Below, in pieces: positions 20,081 through 30,689 of a stretch of 64,000 bases of DNA (position 1 is its first letter; each line of letters begins with the position of its first letter). The position numbers were made by a program, and so were the translations under genes. The notes below the pieces were generated by a model. That model was not told the origin of the DNA, ran no database searches, and was given only the letters and a program-made list of their open reading frames with translations. Source of the stretch: Cyanophyceae cyanobacterium (GTDB lineage Bacteria; Cyanobacteriota; Cyanobacteriia; Cyanobacteriales; Laspinemataceae); NCBI GenBank assembly GCA_038321985.1, contig JBBQFN010000001.1, forward strand, positions 160,001 to 224,000, written 5' to 3'.

Positions 20081-20644
20081 ATGGGCGCGAGTCTCCAACA
20101 AATCGCCGATTATCTGGACAACCGGGCTTGGCAATACGAGATCGATCCCGAACATCACCGGATTATCACCGGCGTCCAAGCCGAAAATCTGGAAAGTTTC
20201 CCGATCGTGATCCAACTCGATGAAGAGGGAGAATTTTTTAAATTATTTGCACCGAAAGTGTTGTCTGGAATTAGTAATCATCCTTACAAAGAATCAATTC
20301 TCCAAACCATGTTATGCATTTCCTGGGAAACGAAAATGCTGCAATGGGAATACGACCCCACCGATGGAGAAATTAGAGCAATCATCGAATTTCCCTTAGA
20401 AGATTCAATTTTGACCGAGAGACAATTTAATCGCTGTTTAAGTGGATTAATTCAAATTGTGGATGATATTGCCATGCCCCGGCTTAGAACCGTCATGGAA
20501 ACGGGGAAAGACCCGGGGGATGAAGATATTGGAGAACGGCTGCTGTTGACGTTACAAGAAGAAGCACCCGGACTGCTAGACCTTTTAGAAAAAGCGATGC
20601 AAGCTCGGAAAAAACGAGGAATTTTGCCCTCGGATCATTTTTGA
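20081..20644 (+). CDS. Conserved cyanobacterial protein, YbjN/CesT-like chaperone fold
   Basis: RBS GGGAG. Motif ISWETKMLQWEYDP.DGEIRAIIEFPLED. Fold assignment is tentative. Confidence 0.7.
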   Translation: MGASLQQIADYLDNRAWQYEIDPEHHRIITGVQAENLESFPIVIQLDEEGEFFKLFAPKVLSGISNHPYKESILQTMLCISWETKMLQWEYDPTDGEIRAIIEFPLEDSILTERQFNRCLSGLIQIVDDIAMPRLRTVMETGKDPGDEDIGERLLLTLQEEAPGLLDLLEKAMQARKKRGILPSDHF

Positions 20645-20709
20645 ATTTTGAATGGCGATCGCTCCGGTAATCCTAAGCTGCGATCGCCTGGGGGATGAAA
20701 GGGGAAGCA

Positions 20710-22089
20710 TCAACGGCCTAAATGATTGGGAATGTCGCCACACCCTCCGGGGACCGTTTCTCGGGTTCGGGAACCACCCCAGGAACAGATATAGTAGCGT
20801 TGACTTTCAGATATCCGCTCGACGTTAGAGAAATTTGTATTCTCAATCACGGCACCAGTATGTTCGCCCGTTTGATAGTTGGGCCGTTTAGTGCGGCTAC
20901 GCGGGGAAGCGGTTTCTACTGGTCCGTAAAAGAAGCGGGCCGAGTTGATATCCGCACCGGAAAGGTTGGCTTCATACAAGATCGCGCGCGCGAGGTTAGC
21001 TTTAACTAAATCACAATCCTGGAGATCAGCGCGGACGAGATTCGCTTCGCTCAATTCAGTCCAGCGTAGATCCGTGCCCGCAAGGTCAGAACCCGCTAAC
21101 ATGACGCCTAGAGCGATGACCCGGACCCCATCAACGCGGTCTTCGGCATAGCCTCCGTCACCGTCGAGAATGGGACGACCAAGATGGCGATCGCGCATTA
21201 GGGGGGTCAATAGCCTAGCCTGGGACAGAAATCGGATAATTTTGGCTTTCCCTTCACTATCAACGGAAGCGAAAATCGCCGCAGTTCGTCCTTCTGCGAT
21301 CGCCCGTTCTTGGGGCCAGTCCTCTAGCAATCCTTCTTCGTTTAAGGCCAAGTCAGACACCCCTTGAAAGTAGGTATCAATGGTTTGCTGTTGGGTAATC
21401 CGGTTTTGCTGAATGGTGAGTTCTTTGGAAATAACATACTGTCGCCATGCTACATAGACAGCGATAATCGCAATCAGGATTTGACCCAACGCACCCACAA
21501 TTTCCCCAACCGCCCCGATCGCCTCCCAGTTAATTTGGATATTCCGGCTTCCTGGTTCCTGATTGGAGCCACTGAGCATCAGCAAGCCAACAATTCCCGT
21601 CAGCAGTCCCACAAAGGCAATAACAACCGCACGCCAAGGGTGGGGGACTAACTGGATCCAAATGCGACTCCAGTTCGGCCAGATGATTCGCAAGGAGATC
21701 GCAAATGTGGCAACGGCCCCGGCGAACCCTAACCAGACATTATCGATCGCCAAACCCAGAACCATGACGGCGATCGCGATCAGAACTAGAAGTCCCCCCG
21801 GACTAGGGGGCTGAGTGGTGGACGACAGGGGCAAGGACGACGAAAGATTCTTGTTGCCGACGTTCTGTTGGAGTTCATCCAACTCTTCTAACAAATCGCT
21901 TTCCCTTGAAGTGGGTAAGGCAACCGCGTTGTTACTCGGGGTGCGATGGAGTTCCGGGGTAGCATTTCCCGTCGATCCGCTCGTGCGTTCGCGAATAACC
22001 GGGTCGTTTCCTCTCCCTGAAGGGTTGGCCGAGGAGGAGTTGTCTCTAGGGTTGGGGTTAGACGGGTTAGAGGGGGGCTCGGGATTCAT
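20710..22089 (-). CDS. Membrane protein with pentapeptide repeats
   Basis: About 4 TM helices and C-terminal A(D/N)Lxx repeats (SDLAGTDLRWTELSEANLVRADL). Confidence 0.85.
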   Translation of the reverse strand: MNPEPPSNPSNPNPRDNSSSANPSGRGNDPVIRERTSGSTGNATPELHRTPSNNAVALPTSRESDLLEELDELQQNVGNKNLSSSLPLSSTTQPPSPGGLLVLIAIAVMVLGLAIDNVWLGFAGAVATFAISLRIIWPNWSRIWIQLVPHPWRAVVIAFVGLLTGIVGLLMLSGSNQEPGSRNIQINWEAIGAVGEIVGALGQILIAIIAVYVAWRQYVISKELTIQQNRITQQQTIDTYFQGVSDLALNEEGLLEDWPQERAIAEGRTAAIFASVDSEGKAKIIRFLSQARLLTPLMRDRHLGRPILDGDGGYAEDRVDGVRVIALGVMLAGSDLAGTDLRWTELSEANLVRADLQDCDLVKANLARAILYEANLSGADINSARFFYGPVETASPRSRTKRPNYQTGEHTGAVIENTNFSNVERISESQRYYICSWGGSRTRETVPGGCGDIPNHLGR

Positions 22090-22327
22090 GGTTTTGAGAG
22101 GGCAGAGTAAGCTACTGCCGTGGAGGATTGGAATAGCCTAAAATGGCTTTGTAGAAGATTGTACCTAACCGGGGCAGGATCTGGGTTGACCTTTAGGCAG
22201 AAGGGAATGAGGGAGGGTTCAAAGTTGAGTATGAGGTCGCCGAATCGCCGCTCGCAAGAGGGAAGGAGGATATAGTGGCAAGTTACGCAGGGAATGGGCC
22301 GGATGCCTCCAGTTGTGAGAGGGTCTG

Positions 22328-23644
22328 TTAGAGGCTACATTTTTTCAGTCGGTTGGCTAAAAATGACCATAACCGCCCTCGACGGCCCCAAGTAGGGAGA
22401 TGTCCCAAGGGGGAAGTAAGGTTAAAGGTCAGGTCGGTATAAGATAACCACTCTGTCTCCCGTCGCCACCCCAGGCGATCGCTAAATTGTTCATAGTCTC
22501 CGCCTAGTTTGCTCCAAATCCGTCTTTGGATGCTAAACCCGAAATGTCCGTTACTGTATTCGGTCCAGAGTTGATCAATTGTGCGAAGGTCTCGGCAGGG
22601 AAAATTTTTGGCATCTTCTAGGTTGAGTCGGCCTTCCTCCTCTCGACCCGAGACTCGAATCATGAGTGCATCGGTTTCGCGGTCGGCTTCCTCCCATTGA
22701 CTCGCCGCTAATAGTTTCTCTAGGGTGGTATAGTCCATTCCTACGGCTGAGATGGAACGGGTGGATTGGGGGAGGGAGGCTTTAAATTCAGTCGGTTGGG
22801 GTGGGCGATTGGGTTGCTCTTCTCCAAGTAATTCTAACCAAGCGTCCATCGATGGGGGACGATTTTCGGGTAATAAGGCCAACCCTTTGAGGATAGCGGT
22901 ATTGACGCGATCGCTCAGGGATGGATTGAGGGTTTTAGGGGGGAGTAACGGATCGGTTTGGGTTTTGAGCCAACTGCGATCGCGAGAGGTGGCTGATGGG
23001 GGGACTTTGGCCGTAACCAGGGAGTATAAGGTTGCCGCCAATCCATATACATCAGTATAAGCGCCCCGCAGCGATCGTAGATCGTACTGTTCGAGGGGAG
23101 CAAATCCCCGGGAACCTTGTTTGGGATGAACTTCCACCTCATCCTGGGAAAACTTCTGTGCTAATCCAAAGTCAATTAACACCGCATCTGACCGCTCTTT
23201 GCGTAGCACAATGTTCATCGGTTTCACATCTCGGTGTAAAAATCCTTGTTCATGCACCAGGCGCAGAGCATCCCCAATTTGATAAATATAAAACAAGGCT
23301 TCCCGTTCTGGCAAGCGGCCTTTTTGCTTTACCAACTGGGCTAACGTGGTCCCGTCAACGTACTCTAGCACCACACAACAGAGTGAGTCAGTATCAACAA
23401 CTTCCTCAACGTGCACGATACTGGGATGAATGCAGTGAGCCAAAAACTCAGCCTCTTTCAGAAACTCTTGCTTATATTTCGCAAGCTCTTGGGCAAAACG
23501 CGCATTCCGGCCCAAAGTTTTAATCGCAAAGGGACGATTTTGAGTGTCCCGAGCCAGATAAGTAATCCCAAACCCGCCTTTGCCAAGTTGGGACTCAATC
23601 TTGTACTTACCGTTAAGTAATTGTTCTCCGGGTTGCCAAGCCAT
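22328..23644 (-). CDS. Ser/Thr protein kinase with C-terminal GUN4 domain
   Basis: LGKGGFGITY, HRDVKPMN, DFG and APLEQ. GUN4 motifs WEEADRET, IDQLW..YSNGHFGFSIQ and GHLP. ATG at 23644 chosen as start. Confidence 0.92.
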   Translation of the reverse strand: MAWQPGEQLLNGKYKIESQLGKGGFGITYLARDTQNRPFAIKTLGRNARFAQELAKYKQEFLKEAEFLAHCIHPSIVHVEEVVDTDSLCCVVLEYVDGTTLAQLVKQKGRLPEREALFYIYQIGDALRLVHEQGFLHRDVKPMNIVLRKERSDAVLIDFGLAQKFSQDEVEVHPKQGSRGFAPLEQYDLRSLRGAYTDVYGLAATLYSLVTAKVPPSATSRDRSWLKTQTDPLLPPKTLNPSLSDRVNTAILKGLALLPENRPPSMDAWLELLGEEQPNRPPQPTEFKASLPQSTRSISAVGMDYTTLEKLLAASQWEEADRETDALMIRVSGREEEGRLNLEDAKNFPCRDLRTIDQLWTEYSNGHFGFSIQRRIWSKLGGDYEQFSDRLGWRRETEWLSYTDLTFNLTSPLGHLPTWGRRGRLWSFLANRLKKCSL

Positions 23645-23695
23645 AAGTCGTTGCTCGTTATTTTTATGAGTTATTGTACTTGTACCGCCATAAAA

Positions 23696-23736
23696 ATAGC
23701 CACCCACCTAGCAATGGTTAGCGAGTGGGTGGCTAT
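23696..23736 (-). terminator. Rho-independent terminator after the large acidic protein gene
   Basis: ATAGCCACCCAC..GTGGGTGGCTAT stem followed by a T-run on the minus strand. Confidence 0.65.
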
Positions 23737-23821
23737 GTTGTCAACCTGGGTAGTTGCTTTGATTAGCCCAAATTGTCTATCAGGGGGCGGCGGCGATCGC
23801 CGCCCCTATAAGTGAGTCCCG

Positions 23822-26800
23822 TTATACTATTGCAGGTTCTTCGGGTTGGGTTCCGGAACCGTAGACGTAGTTAAACGCTTGGACATTGGTCACTTCTGTG
23901 ATGGAAGTGGCGCTGTAGAACTGAACGAGAGCTTCAGCATTTTGAGTTTTCAGCGCATCTACATCCAGTCCGGGAGAGGGAGCGAAGCCCGCTTCAAGTC
24001 CGGCCGTGAACATATAGTCTAGAACTTGCGCGTAGCTCACTTGGTCAATAGAGGTGGCTCCGGTGGCGGTCAGGAGGTTTGCTACCGCCGGCGATCCTGC
24101 TGCCAGATAAGACTCAAAGTCAACCAACTCTGATGGATTTTGACCGTTTTCTAACCCAGCACCCGTCACATAATCGAAGAGTTCGGGGTTCTCAATTTCG
24201 CCGCTGGCGTCGATATCAATCTGCGCCAGGTTTTCTTCCAGAACGGTGGCATATTCTGTGCGATACCACTCTAAGTCAACTAGGGCGGAGGTGTTCAACC
24301 CTTGAGCAATGCCTTCCGTAGACATGAAGTCGTACAGTTGATCACCGCCGAGGTTGTAGACATTATCGACGCGATAGTTGGCGACGACTTGTTCCGCAAA
24401 GTAGGCGGTGTAGTAATCCTTTTCAACAAACGGGGTGACATCAATTCCCAGTTCAGCCGCTTGGTTAAACATGAAGGAAATCACATCTGACTTGTTGAAG
24501 ACCCCAGAGGTCGAAGTAGCACCGGCGACTTCCAGGAGTTTAGCCCCAAATTCCGCTACAAATCCTTCCACATCAACCGGCGTTAAGGAGAACTCGGCAC
24601 CGGAAGCAACCTGGTTGTAGGCAAATTCCAGGATTTGAGTATCGCTGATTTCTGCGATAGCGACTCCAAACTGGCTGCTGATTTGCGCGCCGTACTGCTT
24701 ACCAACGAACTCGAAGTCAATCTCACTAGACAGACCGCCATAGAGGTAGTCGAGGACCAGTTCTTGCTTGAGTTCGGTTACCGAGGTCACTTCTACACCG
24801 TAGTGACGGGCTAGTTCGACAGTGAACTCTTGCTTGAGGTAATCGATATCGATGTACTGAGTGACGTCGATTCCTTGTTTCAGACCTTCCGAGATAGCAA
24901 ATTTGATCACTTGCTTATCGGTTAAAGCGCTCGCATCGAATTCGCCATCGGCTTCGTCGAGTGCTCCCGTCAGCTTCAGAGAACCGCTCTTGAGCTTCAT
25001 TGAGCCGCTCTTGAACTTCTTCGACCCGCTCATCGAACCGGAGCCAAACGAGCCGCTCTTACCGAACTTCATCGAACCGCTCTTGACTTTGACGGGGCTG
25101 CTTTCACCGCCATAGAAGGCTTGTAAGGCTGCGCTATTGTCGGCGATATACCCGGCAATATCGATCGCACTCAGCTTGATTTCTTCAACCTGTAAGACAG
25201 CTTTGAATTCTTCGCTGTAGGCAATTTGGAGGATTTGTTCGACGGTAAGGGACCCGCCTTCGCTCACTTCCAGCTCTAAGCCGGTCAAGAGGTCGGTTTG
25301 TTGGACCTCAGTCAGTTGCTCGAACTGGTAGGCAAGGAACCCGACATCGATGCCGGAGAATTCGCCGCTGACCCATTGGAGAACCGCTGCATCGTCGAGA
25401 GTGGCAACTTCCTCTACAGTGATGGCGAGGGAGTCGGCGATCGCGATGCCATAGGCTTCTTTGATGTAGGCCGTTTCCACGAATCCTTGTAAAGTCAGAC
25501 CCAGTGCCACGCCTTCTTTGAGCATGAACTGCTCGATTTGCTTGCTGTCAATTTCGCTGAGGGCGTCAACTTCGATGCCCAAGGCTCCGGCGATCGCCTC
25601 ACCGTTGGCTTCTACATAGCCTGCCACATCGAAGGCGGACAGCTTGACTTCTTCTAAGGTTTCCTGAGCATACAGATACTCGACGATTTGTAATTTGCTC
25701 ACTTGGGTCACGTCGGTGACCGTTTCGCCTTGTGCGGTCAATGCAGCCAGGATTTCTTCACCCAAGGCAGTGCGAACGTACTCGAAATCAATTTCTTCGG
25801 TGAGTGCACCAAACTGGAAGTCAAGGACGATTTCGCTGCTAAGGGTTGTCACTTCCTCAACCGTAATACCGTAGTATTCCGCCAAGAGTGAGGTATTTTG
25901 TTCGCGATAGAGTTCGACATCTTCCGCTGCAACAAACAGGGACAGGTCGATGCCAGTTTTCCAGGCTTCCTCAGTCATGTAGCTGACAATCTGGGAGGAA
26001 GTAACTTCTTCGATGGTGGTGACGCTGTAGAAGGCCAGCAGGTTGGTTTGAATCGTGGTGTCAGCCGCGATCGCTTCCAAGTCGAAGGCAGATAGGCTAG
26101 TGTATCCGGCTTCCCATCCTTCGCTGAAGATGTAGAACTGGAGTTCTTTGCCCGTCAGGTCTTTGACAGCCTTACCATCAGCGGTGACTTCTTCACCATA
26201 TTTCAGCTTAAAGTAGTCCGTGTCTACGAAGGGAGCAGCATCACCGAACATGAAGCTGACAACCTGTTCCGCTGTGACTTCTGTAATTGCCGTGACTTCA
26301 AAGGTAGCGATTAGCGCGGCCTCGAAGGTGCTTTGATAGTAAGCGACATCTACATATTCGCTCACTTCCAGACCTTGGGCGATCGCCTCGGTAACCATGA
26401 AGCGGTAGATTTGATACTGGCTGAGTGTTTCGACCGATTCTACACTGTAGAAGGCAGTCAGTTGGGCGGAGAATGCTGTGCTGAAACCCTCAATATCAAA
26501 GGAAGACTGTTGTAAACCGGCGTCGGCTCCTTCGCCACAGGCATAGGCTTTCACCTGCTCGTCGCTGAGGTCCTCGGAAGTCGCGGCTTCATCACCCAGC
26601 AATTTTTTGGCGTAGACCGTGAGTTGTTCAATGTAGGTGGCACGATAGTAGCTCACATCCAGAACGAACTCGCCGTTATTGAAGACGTTATCCAATACCT
26701 GTTCCGTTTCCAGTTCGGCAACACCTGCGGCTCCATCAGCGATGTTGTAAAACTCGCTAATGATTTCTTTGTAGAGCTTCTTGATGTATCCAACACTGAA

Positions 26801-29092
26801 GAAGGGGGACGGGTTTAAACCGGCTTCGAGTCCCTCTTTCACAATAAACTCAAACAGTTGCTGATTGGAGAAGGTGGAGATGTCCACCCCGAGTTTGGTC
26901 GTCAGTTTTGTGAGCTCAGTGCTGTTAGAAGATTTGAAGTAGGACATATCCACTAACGGAGTCGGGCTAAATCCGAGTTCCAGGGATTTTTCTAGCAACT
27001 CTTCTGAGGTGAGGCTAGAGATTTCCTCTGCCGTCATCCCTTGCTCTTGCAGTTTGGTCTCGACTTGTGTCTTGACGACAGACTGGAAGTAGCTCAAGTT
27101 GACGAAGGGGGAAGGATTCAATCCTTCTTGGGCAGCGTATTCTTTGATTTGTTCGGCTTGTTCTGCCGTCAACTTGGTGAAATCAAAGCTCGCAAACTGC
27201 GATTGGAGTAACTCCAGGTTGTTTTTGACAATGTATTGAACATTGAATAATGCAGTAGGTGCAGGCGCAGGTTCTGGAGTGGGGGTTTCGCCTGGAGTTT
27301 CTTCGCCTGGGGTCTCAGGGGGAGTCTCAGGGGGAACTTGGCCCGTGGTGTCATCGGGGGTTTCGGTGGGGATGTTATTGGGGTTATTACCGGAAGAGAC
27401 AAAGGTCGGGTTATCAAAGACGATTTGGGGTTCGGACCCGTCTTCGGCGTCATCTCCCTCGTCCTCTTCATCCATGTCTTCGCTACCACCGTCGAGGCCG
27501 CCGCTGCCCTCTTCCATGTCTTCGCTACCACTGTCAAGGCTGCTGCTGCCGCCATCACTCAGGTCATCGCCACCGGCACTGCCTAAGAGTTCTTGACCTT
27601 CAGCGCTCCCGAAGAATGCGAACAGTTGCTCGATGCTGATTTGCGAGAAGCTGCTGACACTGAAAATGGTAGACAACTGAGAACCAAAGATAGATTCCAG
27701 ATTACTGACGCTGAAGGATTCAGAGGTTTGTAATCCTTGGGAGAAAGCTACGTTGATGGCGTAGGAAATGAGTTGGAATCCGCTCACTTCTGAGAGAGCG
27801 CTGACGTTGAAGAAGCTCTGGATGTTCTCGCTGTTGGCTTCTGCAACCACGTTCAGGTCAAGCAAGGGGTGGATTTTGCGCTTCTCTTTGAGACCAAACT
27901 TGAAGAGGTGTTCGGTGGCTGTAATTTTGCCTTCGGAGACAGCCTGTGCTACATCCGTATTTTCCTGGAGATAGTAGTCGGCACTAAAGAAGGAGCTAAA
28001 TTTACGGTTTTCTTTGCAGCCAAAGTTTAAGAAGTGACCCCAAGCGGTGATTTTACCCTCGGCGACAGCTTGCTTGACGTCAGCATTGAATGCTTCGTAT
28101 TCTTCAGCTTTGAACAAGGCGTGGGCAGCCCGTTTCTCGAACTGGCCGTGGCGCACAAAGTGACCGAAGGGAGTGAGTTTCCCCTCTTCGACGGCTTGCT
28201 CGACATCTGGGTTAGCTTCCAGGTAGCCTTTTATGTCGATAAAGGCGTTGAAGCTACGGAATTCTTTGATTCCGAAGGTAGCGAAGTGTTTAATGGCAGT
28301 GGTTTCGCCTCGTTTCACCGCGTCTAATACGTCTGTATTCTCAGCCAGATAGTGTGCTTCATCAAATAAGCCGGATTCTTCTACCTCTTGGATGGTTTCG
28401 GCTTCTGCCATTTCTTCTTCAGTCATGGAAGTGGTTTCCATCATGTCATCGTCCATGACGGTGCCATCTTCTGCGGTGACTTCACCTTCGGTGCCATCTT
28501 CCGGAAGGGCAGTAGTTGCGATCGGGTCACCTTCGGTCAGGGTGCCATCTTCTGCGGGGGCATCGGTTTCGGTGCCATCTTCCACAACAGCGGTCATCAA
28601 GATCGGGTCATTTTCCAGGATGGTACCGTCTTCTGCGATCGTGACCAGGTCATTTTGCACGATGGTGCCATCTTCTGCGGTGGCATCGGTTTCGGTGCCA
28701 TCTTCCACAACAGCGGCTTCACCTTCAGTACCGTCTTCTACAACAGAGGTAGTCGCAATTAGGTCATCGTCCATGACGGTGCCATCTTCTGACGTGACTT
28801 CACCTTCACTGCCATCATCCACAACAGAGGTAGTGGTCACGGTGCCATCTTCAGTGGTTGTTCCGTCGTCGATCCCCTCCACTGGTTCAGTTAGAGGCTC
28901 TTCAGCCGTAGCATCCGTCGGTTCGACAGAGGTAATCGTCATTATCCCTTCCTCTGCCGTTGGTTCCGTAGAGGTTTCCTCCTCGGGGGTTTCGGTAATT
29001 GTTACCACTACCGTGTCATCAGCCGGTGCCGTGGCTTCTACTTCAGTGGTGGTGGCGTTTACTTGTTCGAGCAATTGTTCTTCGGTCAACAT
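23822..29092 (-). CDS. Very large acidic repeat protein (putative surface/S-layer-type structural protein)
   Basis: Uninterrupted ORF with GGAG RBS before ATG 29092. Contains EDGT repeats, ~41-aa FDxxYLxxNxDV..HF..G..E.R repeats, a Pro/Thr linker and many degenerate repeats. Function is inferred. Confidence 0.75.
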   Translation of the reverse strand: MLTEEQLLEQVNATTTEVEATAPADDTVVVTITETPEEETSTEPTAEEGIMTITSVEPTDATAEEPLTEPVEGIDDGTTTEDGTVTTTSVVDDGSEGEVTSEDGTVMDDDLIATTSVVEDGTEGEAAVVEDGTETDATAEDGTIVQNDLVTIAEDGTILENDPILMTAVVEDGTETDAPAEDGTLTEGDPIATTALPEDGTEGEVTAEDGTVMDDDMMETTSMTEEEMAEAETIQEVEESGLFDEAHYLAENTDVLDAVKRGETTAIKHFATFGIKEFRSFNAFIDIKGYLEANPDVEQAVEEGKLTPFGHFVRHGQFEKRAAHALFKAEEYEAFNADVKQAVAEGKITAWGHFLNFGCKENRKFSSFFSADYYLQENTDVAQAVSEGKITATEHLFKFGLKEKRKIHPLLDLNVVAEANSENIQSFFNVSALSEVSGFQLISYAINVAFSQGLQTSESFSVSNLESIFGSQLSTIFSVSSFSQISIEQLFAFFGSAEGQELLGSAGGDDLSDGGSSSLDSGSEDMEEGSGGLDGGSEDMDEEDEGDDAEDGSEPQIVFDNPTFVSSGNNPNNIPTETPDDTTGQVPPETPPETPGEETPGETPTPEPAPAPTALFNVQYIVKNNLELLQSQFASFDFTKLTAEQAEQIKEYAAQEGLNPSPFVNLSYFQSVVKTQVETKLQEQGMTAEEISSLTSEELLEKSLELGFSPTPLVDMSYFKSSNSTELTKLTTKLGVDISTFSNQQLFEFIVKEGLEAGLNPSPFFSVGYIKKLYKEIISEFYNIADGAAGVAELETEQVLDNVFNNGEFVLDVSYYRATYIEQLTVYAKKLLGDEAATSEDLSDEQVKAYACGEGADAGLQQSSFDIEGFSTAFSAQLTAFYSVESVETLSQYQIYRFMVTEAIAQGLEVSEYVDVAYYQSTFEAALIATFEVTAITEVTAEQVVSFMFGDAAPFVDTDYFKLKYGEEVTADGKAVKDLTGKELQFYIFSEGWEAGYTSLSAFDLEAIAADTTIQTNLLAFYSVTTIEEVTSSQIVSYMTEEAWKTGIDLSLFVAAEDVELYREQNTSLLAEYYGITVEEVTTLSSEIVLDFQFGALTEEIDFEYVRTALGEEILAALTAQGETVTDVTQVSKLQIVEYLYAQETLEEVKLSAFDVAGYVEANGEAIAGALGIEVDALSEIDSKQIEQFMLKEGVALGLTLQGFVETAYIKEAYGIAIADSLAITVEEVATLDDAAVLQWVSGEFSGIDVGFLAYQFEQLTEVQQTDLLTGLELEVSEGGSLTVEQILQIAYSEEFKAVLQVEEIKLSAIDIAGYIADNSAALQAFYGGESSPVKVKSGSMKFGKSGSFGSGSMSGSKKFKSGSMKLKSGSLKLTGALDEADGEFDASALTDKQVIKFAISEGLKQGIDVTQYIDIDYLKQEFTVELARHYGVEVTSVTELKQELVLDYLYGGLSSEIDFEFVGKQYGAQISSQFGVAIAEISDTQILEFAYNQVASGAEFSLTPVDVEGFVAEFGAKLLEVAGATSTSGVFNKSDVISFMFNQAAELGIDVTPFVEKDYYTAYFAEQVVANYRVDNVYNLGGDQLYDFMSTEGIAQGLNTSALVDLEWYRTEYATVLEENLAQIDIDASGEIENPELFDYVTGAGLENGQNPSELVDFESYLAAGSPAVANLLTATGATSIDQVSYAQVLDYMFTAGLEAGFAPSPGLDVDALKTQNAEALVQFYSATSITEVTNVQAFNYVYGSGTQPEEPAIV

Positions 29093-30689
29093 ACAGTGAT
29101 CTCCAGTTTTGAGAGTCAATAAAAGTCTGGGAACTGAGTCCTGGAAACGGAGGGCCGGGTTTCCCGTGTCCGGGACTGATTTCGCTATAGATGCTCCCTA
29201 TAAGAGGTAGGGATTCCCTGATTTAGAATCTTTATTTGTTCGCTTAGATAGTCTGTAGGACATCTTGAACTTCATCCTTAATGTGAACGTGGGAATTTTC
29301 CAATTTAATAAAGATGTCCACTTGTAAACCCCTCGGTTATATCCTGATTTACTGCTTATAAAGCTGTACTTCAAGGAAAGACAAGATTTTGATTTTCCTT
29401 GTTCCCGTCCTTGACATTCGACAAATCCAGAATATTTCCTTAAGTGGTTAGACTTGATTGTTCCGGGAATGTTTCCTAGAATCTAAATTATTTTGGCAAG
29501 CACCATGCAATTTCAATTTTGGGAACTTATCGGCATTGCAGAACCTACGTTTTACTTTACCCAAAATTGGAAGAAGTTGGCTTCCGTATTTTTGCGGAAT
29601 TTCGTAATTTTTCTTTTAAATTTAACCCCTCGGTTAGCGGCAGCAAATTTATTATAATAGTGCTACATTATGGTAAAACAAAAAACTGAATTTTCTAACC
29701 TAGCCCTCTCAGGGTAAGACTTTGGCGACAAGATGAATTTTAATTTTTCGACTGGCAGATATTAGCTTAGAGCCGATAAACTGCCCGGAGTTAGACGCTG
29801 CGCATCCTGGGGAATAAGTCAGAAGTAATTCTCTTTTTAAGGGGTGACTTTTAAAATGCTGCAAAACGTCTAATGGAATTAAGAGGTCAGCTCGAAGATT
29901 GGATATTGGGGATAAAGCAACCTCAGTAAAAACTCGCAATTTATAAATCTTTTTTTTAAGAACTTCAGACCCATAAAAACTACATAAAGCCTAAAAATAA
30001 AACAACCGAATAAATATATGCGGATGACTTATTGAAACGTCTGCCTCTCGGGTCTCTGGAGGGAGTGAAATTGCAACGGCTGGTCATCGGTAAGATTGTC
30101 CCAATCATAAGGAACTTCTATCTATTGACTACTCAGTAAGTGAACTTCACTTAAGTCACTAGAATAAAGTGAAATTTCGGTTAGAATAAGTTCTTTCCCC
30201 TTGGCGTGGAAATTTATAATCTTTGTAATCAGGGATGGGGTTTTTAAGGGAAAGAAGTTCATGTAATGATGGCTTTAACTAGAGGGATGGCTTAGGGTCA
30301 TGTTTTTAGTCACTCCGAAATCCAGACGTCTCCCCTGGGGGATGGGTTCCCTATTTTCCGGGGTTCCCGGAAAAGTTGGGACGGTTTCCGGATGAGTGGC
30401 GAAGGTGAAGGGGTTTCATCCATTCACGACGGGGACCGATCGCCCGGTTTAACCGTTTAGAAGAATAGTCACTTTGTGTAGCAAGGATTGTACACAGATT
30501 TGGAACCCGTCATCTCTCATTCATCCAGGGTCTTTTACCCTAGGCGATCGCAATTTATTCCTTCTCTATCCCAATACCTACCTCAATAGAATTGAGGTCG
30601 TTTTAAATTCCTATCAGAGAAAATTACTGGAGGAAAATGCCGGGAATTCATGATAGTTTAAATCGCTATCAGAGAAAAATGCCGGGAAA

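Noticed and set aside
28392..29099. 235-aa Ser/Val-rich plus-strand ORF and other antisense ORFs over the giant gene
   Set aside because: Shadow frames produced by the repetitive, codon-biased minus-strand gene.
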